From Yuukianura sp. NJ FZ-2021 (lineage: Eukaryota): a DNA stretch of 64,000 nucleotides. This document shows, in pieces, positions 28,901-40,238 of this stretch. Position 1 is the stretch's first letter. Each line of letters begins with the position of its first letter. A program made the translations under genes and the position numbers. The stretch lies in contig CM102283.1 of NCBI GenBank assembly GCA_046563655.1, forward strand, positions 8,308,001-8,372,000, read 5' to 3'. The notes below the pieces were generated by a model. It worked only from the letters and a program-made list of their open reading frames with translations, did no database searches and was not told the origin of the DNA.

Positions 28901-30288
28901 CAATCGTGATTTTTTCCCTTATTTAGAGAATCCACTGTATTTGGGCGATTTTTAAAAAAAAATAATTAAATATAAATTATATTCATAAAAAATATTATTT
29001 AAAAACATATTTTTTTTATTAATATTTACGGTTGTTTTAGCACATATTTTTGACAACCCTGCTAATAACGTAGTGTTAGCCTAACCAGAATTGAATTTGC
29101 TAACTTTTGAAACATTTTCCTGCCGTTTTGCAGAAAGGGTGTGGCTATCACTTGGATTTGTTCGTGTTGGCAATTTTGATTGTTCTGTGCTCATCGTTTG
29201 GACTCCCATGGTTCGTAGCTGCAACAGTAGAAAGTGTAAGCTCGATATTCAGAAATTTTGAAAGTTTTTTTTTAGTTTTCTTACTTTTTTTTTTGAAATT
29301 CCAGTTGACGAACATTAGTTCGCTGAAAGTGGATTCGGAATCGGCAGCTCCCGGAGAAAAGCCGACATTTCTCGGAGTTCGGGAGCAGCGTGTGTCCAAC
29401 CTCTTCGTCTTCTTTACCGTCGGACTCTCCGTTTTCCTAACACCAATGTTATCCCACGTTCCGATGCCAGTACTCTACGGTAAATGTTAATCTGGATTAA
29501 TTTTGATTACTAATTGATTAACTTAATTAACTTAATCTTACGGATTATTCCAGGAGTGTTTCTGTACATGGGGTTTTCAGCGCTCCTGAAGATGGAGCTG
29601 TTTCAGCGCACACTCCTTCTGTTTATGCCAATCAAGTACCAACCAGATCACAGTTACCTGAGTCAAGTGCCCCTCATAAGGGTCCACTTGTACACGCTCA
29701 TCCAGGTCACATGCTTGGCATTGCTCTGGATCATCAAGTCTGTCAAGGTCACTGCCATCCTGTTTCCACTCATGGTAAGACACGCAAAGTTCATTCAAAA
29801 AAGCAAGGTTGCTATAGCACCGAAATAGTTTTCTTTTAACAGGTTAGGCAATAAGTCCAGTTTTTGAAAAATCTTGAGTCAAACATTTTGGTTTTTTTTC
29901 TATCTTTTACTACTTTTCTACTTTTAATTTGCCATCTCTCCGAATTTTTTCTGTTTACCATACGAACCTCGATTGAAAGTAGGTTAACCTGTTAAAGAAA
30001 AAGTATGCCTTTCTTTATCAACCTTGGAAAAAAGCTTTTTGAAATAGTTTTTAGGAAATGGTTTTTTAAATTTTCAAAATTTTCACTTGTTTGTAGTTGG
30101 TAGTGATGATGGTTGTGCGGAAACTGCTGGACTTTGTCTTTACCTCGAGTGAGCTACTGGCCTTGGACGACGCACTGCCGCAGAGTCATAAGGTCGAAAA
30201 GGAAAAAGAGCGAAAAATCTCAAGGACAATTAGCCTAAATACACACAATAACAATTCACCCATGGCACCTCTAGCAATTCCCTGGTAA
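22924..30288 (+). CDS. SLC4 bicarbonate transporter, Na+-coupled (NBC/NDAE-like) type, multi-exon
   Basis: [102 protein letters not shown]; exons bounded by GT-AG. Confidence 0.95.
28254..28937. mobile_element. Tc1/mariner/pogo-type MITE nested in the previous element
   Basis: Perfect 23-bp TIR CAGTGGATTCTCTAAATAAGGGA / TCCCTTATTTAGAGAATCCACTG with TA on both flanks; no transposase ORF. Confidence 0.85.
28467..28624. repeat. 19-bp minisatellite, about 8 copies
   Basis: Unit gcgcacaacctgcgcaaca repeated head-to-tail inside the MITE. Confidence 0.95.
29830..30040. repeat. Dispersed repeat in an SLC4 intron (longer copy)
   Basis: Both ends are the reverse complement of sequence at 6370-6448 (aagctttt..ccaaggttgataaa..tttttctttaacaggtta; ttattgcctaacctg). 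Confidence 0.65.
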
Positions 30289-31057
30289 ATTTTGAAAATT
30301 AATTTCGAAAAAAGACAACTGAAAATGTTCTAAAGTTGAATTTTGAATTTGACTTTCCAGTGAATACAAATCAGACGATTCCGGTGTATGAAAATTTTGA
30401 GGAAAATGGAGCGCTGGAGTACTAAAAAGCGATGCTTATTTGAGCAGGACGTTTTTTTGAGGAAAAATTTGAATTTCAAAATTTGGAAAATCAAAATGTT
30501 TTTCAAAATTTTCAAGAATGTTATCCTAACTCCAGTTTAAGTTATCCATGGGCCGGTTTCCATTCCACGCTTTTGTTTTTTTTAAACAGAGAAGCGGTAG
30601 CAGTATTTTATGCAACAAATCTTTGAGCTTATGATCACAAGTTGTAGAAAGTTTAGAAATTTCAAATGTTTTAGATTTAGAAATTTAGAACAAAACAAAA
30701 AGTTTAGAAAACTTCGTTCGTAGCTGGACTAACTCTTTGACGATTTGTCTGTTTTCAAAAAAAATCAAAAAGCCAAGAAATAAAAATTGTTTTCTTTTTT
30801 AAGAAAAGTGGCGTCTGTTTAGAAAAAGTTGACACGATATGCGCTTGTTTATTTATGTTCTCACGTTGAAGTGTTGCAGAGACGCGCCAGGCGCAGGGGC
30901 GGAGTTCATATCGATCCATCCACAAAAATTCGGATCGATACCCGAATTTCACACCTTGCAGAGTCCAGACAGACCGTAGACAGCATCTCTTCTGGACACA
31001 TTGACGTTAAGCTTCCGCCTGGAAATCCCCCTGGTTCAAAAACACAAACCATTTCAG

Positions 31058-31240
31058 GTAAATTTTCAAATTTTTTCAAAATTTCAAAAAAAAAAAAATG
31101 GCTCACCCCAATTTGCCACTCGGCGGTTCCTAGCTGCTCGAATTCCGATATTCCAGGACTTCTGGATTCCTTCTGGGCTTGATCTGTAAAAGTTTTCAAA
31201 ATTTTGAAACCATTTTTGAAAAAGTTGGTTTAACTTACAG
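31058..31240 (+). other. Putative 5' UTR spliceosomal intron of the MscL gene
   Basis: Donor CAG|GTAAAT at 31058 and acceptor taacttacag ending at 31240, one base before the ATG at 31242. The upstream exon has an in-frame TAA (31008-31010) with no ATG after it, so it would be untranslated. Confidence 0.6.
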
Positions 31241-31241
31241 G

Positions 31242-31709
31242 ATGGGAGGGTTCAAGGACTTTATCATGCGTGGGAACTTGATCCAGCTCGCTGTGGCTGT
31301 GATCATGGGCGTGGCTTTTGGTAACGTCGTGAATGCTTTCACCAAAGGACTTATCACTCCGCTCATTGGCATCTTTGGACAAATTCCGTCGTTTCGCGAC
31401 CATAAATTTACAATCAACGGAAGTGAGTTCCGGTACGGCGAGTTTATTGACACGCTGATCGCTTTGTTCATCACGGCATCAGTTCTGTACTTTGGAATCG
31501 TCTACCCCTGGGAGTACTTTACCAAAAAAGAAGAAGAATCGGTCATGCGCGACTGTCCCGAATGTGCTTCGTCTATCAAGAAAAAAGCAGTTCGTTGTCC
31601 GCATTGTACTTCCTCTGTACTGGCAATTCCACCGGATGAACCGAAACCTACGGAAGAAAAAAAGTCACCAGCAGCAACACCAACCAAAAACGATCCGGAA
31701 CCGGTTTAA
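31242..31709 (+). CDS. mscL: Large-conductance mechanosensitive channel (MscL family), 155 aa, with C-terminal CxxC-x10-CxxC tail
   Basis: MGGFKDFIMRGNLIQLAVAVIMGVAFGNVVNAFTKGLITPLIG matches the MscL S1 helix and TM1. FRYGEFIDTLIALFITASVLYFGIV matches TM2. A post-TM2 KKEEE cluster is followed by CPECASSIKKKAVRCPHCTS. The CDS is intronless. Confidence 0.93.
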   Translation: MGGFKDFIMRGNLIQLAVAVIMGVAFGNVVNAFTKGLITPLIGIFGQIPSFRDHKFTINGSEFRYGEFIDTLIALFITASVLYFGIVYPWEYFTKKEEESVMRDCPECASSIKKKAVRCPHCTSSVLAIPPDEPKPTEEKKSPAATPTKNDPEPV

Positions 31710-32388
31710 AACCGGAACCGAAACCCGGTACCGGACTAAAATGCTGTATTCGGACTAAACTCAATGTCCGCCATCCTAAACTCGCAACTTTGCAAAATGT
31801 CTGCCATTTCACTTGCATTGCCATGCACCATACACATACTCAGCACAAATTGCATCGACGCTAAACATATTCCAACCCCCCCCCCTTAAAATTGACCCCC
31901 CCCCATCTCCTTAAAGTTAGAAAAGCACCAAATTTTTGTGAAAAGTCAAAATTTTCTGAAATCTCATGTGTAAAAAGCAGACTCAAGGCTTAAAACTGCT
32001 ATTTGTTTTATATGTCTAATAGGCTTTATAAACGGAATCTCATAACTTTTACATTTTTGGCTATTTTCGAATAATTTGCTTAACGATTAACGTGATTAAC
32101 GTTATAGCCATCACCATTAGTGGAAAAACTAAACAAGTTTTAGAAGAAAAAACTAAACAACAATTTGTTCTAAACAAAAAGTTGTTCTAAACATAGATTG
32201 TGTTCTAAATGATGGTTGTGTGAGATTTTAAAGCTAATAAATACTGATGCGTTCAATGTCGAATTACAAAAGGGAAAACAGTTAATTAACTGTTAACGTT
32301 AATTGTGATTACTTGGCTAATTAAGGACGAAGTTTTAGTAAAAAGTTTGGAATGGGTTTTTGTGATGACCCGATGACCAAATTGATTT

Positions 32389-34314
32389 TTAGAGGTCATC
32401 GTCTCCAATACCAGCGAAGACGCTGTTTTCTAACATCCCGCGACTCCTAGTGTTATTTCGATTTCGTTTACCAATGAGAAAGTCTGTGGAAGAACGACGA
32501 GATCCTTCAGTCTGATTCGTATGAGCGATTTTCAAATCTCCACTAGTACTGCTACTACTGCCAGCATCCGAACTGCTCGCAGATGCTTTCTAAACAAAAA
32601 CAATCAAGTATTGAAAAAACTAAAATCAACTTTCTCTGGAAAACTGGACTCACTCGCAGATCTTTGGCCGGTGAATTCTCCTTGGCCAGCATTTCTTGAA
32701 CAACTTCTTGGAGACAGAGTCCCATCAGCACTGCTTCGTCCGAAACGACACTCAGCCATTCCAGCTTATCCTTTCCCGCGAGATATTCAAACGACAACTC
32801 AGAGTGTATCTTGCCATCTTTCTCCTAAACAAATTAAAATGGTATCACTAATGTACTTTAAAGGAATTAGTGATGAATTTTGAAAACTTACATGTTGAAG
32901 AGAAATTCTCCAGCACTTGATTCTTGTGACCTTGAAAACGAGTTCTTCTCTCGTATTAGAAATGAAAGTCATTTCTCTATTGCCTATGTACACCGTCATG
33001 GGAGAGGAAAAGTGTGTTGAGCAATCAGGAAACTTGAGAGCTCCGAAGAACTTCAAAGTTTTGGCTAATCGAACGTATTCTGCCTTCTTCCCTTGTGTTT
33101 GAAGGACGGCTAGAGCATGCAGTTTTTCTTTGTCAACTTGAATCCAACCAGATTCAATGTCGGCTACTGTTTGGACGTAGAGCAAATGGAGACCAACGGG
33201 ATCCGATTCCAGAAGGTCATTAGTCGCAGGTTCCCACCGAGATTTCCTAAATACAATTCTAGTGTCATCGCCATACAGTCCAAGGGAGATACATGGGCAT
33301 TCGTAGTCTTCTAGTCGTCCGACAACTGAAAATGGGACAAAAACAAACAAATGTCAAATAGTATCAAAGTCCAAAGTAGAAAAAATATCTACAACCACAA
33401 TTGCGTGCGAATAAATCGCATGTTCAAAAAGGCATGCAATTTGGAAAATTGTCCTAAAATTATACTTTTATGATTGTGATGAGCATGTTCCCATTGTTTG
33501 AAAACTATTGGGACGACATTTATCAAAACATAGCCTATTTTTTAGTAGAGTAGCAAAAGTTGCATTTACTTTTCCATATTCCGTTCGGCGTTCGTTGAAA
33601 AAAGTAGAGACCAAAGAAACCGATTTTGTCTGGTTTCAGTCCCAAGTCCTCTCCCACCATCTAAATCCAAATCAATCAAGAAATTAAGCGAAAATCAACA
33701 GTTCCTTTAAGCTATCCTGGATTTACCCGTAAAAGCGTTGAAGTTGGTGCATTTGACGGTATTTCCTGTAATCTCTCTTGGCCATTAGATAGAAAGACAT
33801 GAATCGAACAAGTTCGCAGTTCCTCTCCGCTGGACTCGTGTTGGACGTGTCGAAGGTATGTTCGGAATACATCGGAGCAAATAATGTCCTCTACACCTCC
33901 AACTACACCCAACAAAAACCGATTAAATTACTTCAATCGAAAAGCTAAACTTATGATTAATTTGACTTATGATAAGCCTCACGTGTCTGCATGTATTTTT
34001 CTAGACCAAGTCGTCTATCCTCCAACTGAACAGTAGAGAGCGGAAGAAGTTTTTTCGGTGGAAACGACGGACGTTGGCTCTTGATTCCGCCAACTTGACC
34101 CAACTTCTCATGTAGACTTAGAAATTGACTGTACCGGAGAGAAGCATGGTACTTTCCGTTTATAAATACCTTGTAAACCTACAAAACAGTGATCAATTAA
34201 TCAACATTGTACGATTTAGAGTCCATAGCATTGTACAAGTAAGTACTGTGGACATACCGTGTAACATGTTTCACTGGTTCGGATAACCTCCGTGTCCGGA
34301 ATTGAAAAATGCAT
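32389..34314 (-). CDS. SNX17: Sorting nexin 17 (PX-FERM)
   Basis: N-terminus MHFSIPDTE, PX motifs RYSQF/FPPKKL, FERM-like FKVTRIKCWRI and C-terminal ENSVFAGIGDDDL*; multi-exon. Confidence 0.95.
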
Positions 34315-34933
34315 CACTGTGCGAAGATTAAATGAACAACGATTAGTACAAATTGACCCAAACGATTACACATACCAGTCCGTCAGATTCTTATAAGTGT
34401 ACAATGTTCCCATTTCAACACATGTAGAGTATTCCACAACCGGAAGTGGAGTAGTGGACAAGTCAATCGGTTACCTTACGAATCTGGAGCAACTGGGTGC
34501 CACTTTCTAGCAACTTTGAAATGTCTCCGATGTCGCCATCATTAATTAGTATGTTACAATCTTTATCATAGTTAAAAAGTAAAAGTAGACCCAAAGTGTC
34601 TCTGAGAAGATGAGATTAGCAGATAAGATCACGAAGATCCTTGCACTTTCTATTGAGAATCTGTCAATTGAAGACATGCATTTAGTAATGGGCAAAACTC
34701 ATCAAAATTTCATGATGTGAAATTGTGAAATTTCAATTAGTCAAGTAATCGTGTGCAACCAATTAATTAGGAATTGGTAATTGATTATGAAGCATTTGTG
34801 AGTGAAAAACAGAATTGACGAATTGCTTAAAATAAAAATTGGACTTCGCATGTTGTACACTTTTGAATGCCGATGTTGTAACCATGGTACATTGGAAAAA
34901 GTTGACGCCATGTTTATATGTTTGCGGTTTGAA

Positions 34934-34947
34934 TTTTCGCGCCAAAA
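34934..34947. promoter_or_regulatory. Double E2F-type site upstream of the F-box gene
   Basis: TTTTCGCGCCAAAA about 90 bp upstream of ATG 35037, with TTTGAA (CHR-like) at 34928 and 34971. Confidence 0.4.
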
Positions 34948-35036
34948 AATCAGCTGTTGGTCAAATCCATTTTGAAAATTTCACAATATCATCATCATCA
35001 TCACGTGAACTTCTGTAGACTCAATTTTTGGTCAAG

Positions 35037-37039
35037 ATGAATCCCATGCGTCAGGATTCTAGAAGTTTGGTCTGGAATCTTCATGTGGTCAGATGGTACA
35101 CTTAAGTTAATTAAAAATCGCAATTAATTTGAGTAATTTTTGCAGGTCATCACCAACATGTGTCGTTTCATGGACCCAGGCGAGGTTCCAAAACTCAGAC
35201 TCGTTAATCAGGTTTGCAACTACGCCGCTCTGCTGTTCATGAAACAAAATGGCCACCGTCCTACCATTCGCTTACGAACTGACGACGACATTTCATCGTT
35301 TCTCGCCGTCATGTCCAAGCGTACCAATCAGGAACTTCCAGCATTCTGCTCGTACAAGTTGGCCCTTGCGTCGACTTCATTGCACCGCGTTGAGCAGTTC
35401 GCCTCCAAGTCATCTGACCTGTTTGAAATTGAGTTCATTGGTAAGCACCGTAGATCTACTGGGGAACTGGCTCTACCTGAAGACAATTCTCCAGCAGTCC
35501 TTGATCAACAAATTGCTTCTGGCCAATTCTGTTCCAAAATACTGTCAGTATTGAAGAAAGGATCCACTCAACTCCAGAAGATTTCCATTAGGTGCAAACG
35601 GGACGTTCCTCTGGACCAAACAAAGGTGAACGAATTTCCAGAAAATTTCCCGAATCTTCGAGAAGTTAAGGCCCGTTACCTCTCACATGGATTCCAAATG
35701 ACATGTGACATGGTGTCCACAATAGTTTCCCGAGCTCCGAAACTTCAGATGCTGGAAGTAACAAACTTTGTTGGACAAAATCGCTGGATCCACAACTCTC
35801 TCTTTCTGCCACGTCTGGTTCAAATTCTAAATCGTCCAAATCCACCGTTTCTAAAACTGAACACTCGACTGACCCTACAAGATGATATGGACTCACTTGA
35901 AACTCTCATGAGAGTTGCCAAGTTCAATCGCTTGCGTGTTTTTGAATTTATGCTGATCTTTGAAGAAGTGAATCAAGACCATAGTGGAAATCTTCTGAAA
36001 AGATTTTCAAAATTCCTCAAGTTCCAGGGTCCAGCGCTCCAAGAATTGGTTGTGCTGGCTGGCGGAAGTGAAGTCAACCACACTCTGCAACTTCCAGAGC
36101 TTCCGAATTTGAAAAACTTGCAAATTGCAACCGACAGTGACTTCAAAAAAAGTGTTGTCCAGAGTCTGATGCCGAACCAGTTTCCAAATTTGGAAACTCT
36201 GACAATTTCTGGACACAATTTGTACAAGCATTTCGTTGGATCAATTGTACTTCCTTCGGTGAAGACGCTTCTGCTGGCTCTTGATACCTCAAATGCTTCT
36301 CCAGTTGAAGACGCAAGTTCTACTAATACAATTCACATTAATTTTCCGAATCTGACAACCCTTCTGCTTTGCAACAAAACTTACAAAAATCTGAAACGAG
36401 TCGACTACGTTTTGAATTATTTGGATAACCTTGAGGTTCTGGTTCTGAGTACCAACATGACCTTGAATCATCGCGGCGGAAACGCTTTCTGGAAAACTTT
36501 TGCTGGAAAACACAAGCGGCTACCCAAACGGGCCATTTTGAAATTGTGTCAACGTCAGGTCAGATCAACTAAAAAAAATTAGGCAAGACAATTAGTTAAT
36601 TGTTCAATTAATCTCAATTACATTTGTGTGTCACTTACAGCCGAAGGAGCCACTTGTTCGGGAAGAAAGAGAGGCAGTGAGGGTGAATAGCTACGACAAA
36701 CTACCGTCATTGGGCAATCTCCGAAGTTAGTTACTCTGAAGTGACCTTGAATGAATTTGAGCTTTGTTTTTTAAATTTTGCTGTTTTAAAATTTTGAAAA
36801 AGAGTTGAACCCCCTGCAACAACTTCATCTGCGATTCACCCATGGGAACTCTATTGACCCAGAGGTAAGTCTTTACAACATGTTTGTTAATTTTCATAAA
36901 TTATTCAATTAATTGCAATTATATAAAGTTTCGTCTTTTGTAGGACCAATATGATTATGTGCGTATGCTGCGACGATTCCATCACGAAGTAACAGTTGTA
37001 CAACTCGGTCCACCTCCACGCAGAGGAATCCGTATTTAA
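35037..37039 (+). CDS. Divergent F-box-like / leucine-rich-repeat protein
   Basis: N-terminal LVWNLHVVITNMCRFMDPGEVPKLRLVNQVCN resembles an F-box, followed by repeated FPNLxxLxL units. A 480-aa main ORF plus small flanking exons with GT-AG sites. Confidence 0.75.
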
Positions 37040-37313
37040 ACAAATCATATACACGTCTGCACACTGTCAAAATTTCGTTTAGCTTGTCCAAAACCAATCG
37101 TTTAGCTCATCTCAAAAATCAACCGAATTTCTTGTACGTTTAATAAAAACGATGTTGCAATAAAATTACTTCGAAACGAACGTTTCCTCTACGTTTGTTC
37201 CGAAATAGGTTTGCTCCTAATTGTATACAAACTACCTGTTTTGCATACAATACGTGGCATGTAGAGCACCGGAAGGAAGAGACTATGCTAGATATGCAGG
37301 TTAGATTACGTCG

Positions 37314-38103
37314 CTATTCGCCGATAAACTTAGTATGGCTGGCTTTGACAACGACGTCTGACGTTGATTTGTTGAATATTTCCACGTTTAGAAAGGCCAG
37401 TCGCTTTCCAACCTTCTCTGTTGAGGCTGGAATAAGTTACAAAATATATCGAACGTTATTTCTGAATTCTGATTTGACTGAATTCATAGAATGAACTAAT
37501 TTTCTACTTTAGTAGTACTACGTACTCGGAAGTATTTCTTCCAATACTCCCGTAGCATTTGCTCACCTTTGATTAAGATTTCCTCACCAATTGGAGCCGT
37601 CGTCATATACCTAATTAGATGAAAAATATTAAAAAGTTCCAGTAGTCGGCATGAACATGACAATCTTTCATTAATTACTCACGACAGGTTTATATTAACG
37701 GTGACACCGGGTGATTTACACTTTGGATGGGTCAGAAGAGCTACAACATAGGACATTAACTGATTAATTGAAAGATGAAATATTCAATTGCTTAATTCAT
37801 CTAAATACCTGTAGTTGAAAGGCCGTCTACAAGAAGAGCTGACATTCCGCCATGTAAAAAGCCGCCACGATTTGAATCTTGTTTCTCTACTGTCATGGTC
37901 GCCGTCAAAGATCCATTTCCAGCTGCTAAAATTTTGACCTGTAAAAACCAGAACGAACTAGCATTTAGAAACACTTTATTAAACAATGGAATTATTGAAT
38001 TACAGGAGGTCAAGGTTCAACTTACGCGGTCCAGCAAACGTTCAAACCGTCCTTCACTTATTAACGTTTGCATAATTGATTGTGCTATTTTTGTCCCAGC
38101 CAT
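37314..38103 (-). CDS. ACOT13: Acyl-CoA thioesterase 13 (hotdog fold, PaaI-like)
   Basis: NRGGFLHGGMSALLVD, PGVTVNINLSY, KVGKRLAFL and C-terminal HTKFIGE*; five short exons. Confidence 0.9.
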
Positions 38104-38615
38104 TTTACAAAATTTAACTCCCAGTTAAACGATTTCTTCTAGTAAAAACAAACAGTGTTCAAAATAAATTTGTGTAAAAGTCAGTGTAGTCAAATCTCGG
38201 ACTCCCGCATTTTCCTACAAAAGTCGTTACAAGCACACTAAGATGAGATTTCTCACAAGTATCGAATGCGGGAAGGTCAAAGGTCAACGTTATTCCGCAT
38301 TCCTAACTGGTAAAACCTTTTTTTTAATTGAAGTCGTGTTGTTCAAAATAATTTTTGTCGTTTATTGATTAAAACTCCAATAAATTCTGTTTCCAATATT
38401 GTCTCCGACATTGTCCAGCAGATGATAAAAGTTTTTGAACATTTTGAACATAACGTCGTCCAAAAGCTTTCAAAGCAATGCCCAGGAAGATCATTTTTTG
38501 GACGCAAGGTAAAACAGGATGCTAATCTTCAACTCCTTGACATTACTACTATGATATCTCCGTCTTGTTAACGAATTGGTGTCCAATGTATTTGGAATTT
38601 CTTGATTTGGCAAGT

Positions 38616-40238
<1,623 letters not shown>

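Larger units (their letters stand above)
28125..29061. mobile_element. Old hAT-like non-autonomous element in an SLC4 intron
   Basis: Imperfect TIRs cagggatgtcaaacatat / atatttttgacaaccctg (16/18). Flanks cgaataat / ctaataac match 6/8, a possible decayed 8-bp TSD. Confidence 0.5.

Noticed and set aside
30829-31182. 117-aa ORF upstream of mscL as a coding first exon
   Set aside because: Non-ATG start, and splicing at 31057/31241 would put it out of frame with MscL.
31179-31241. N-terminal extension of MscL given by the ORF track
   Set aside because: Starts at a non-ATG codon in intron-like sequence; family similarity begins at the ATG at 31242, directly after a splice acceptor.
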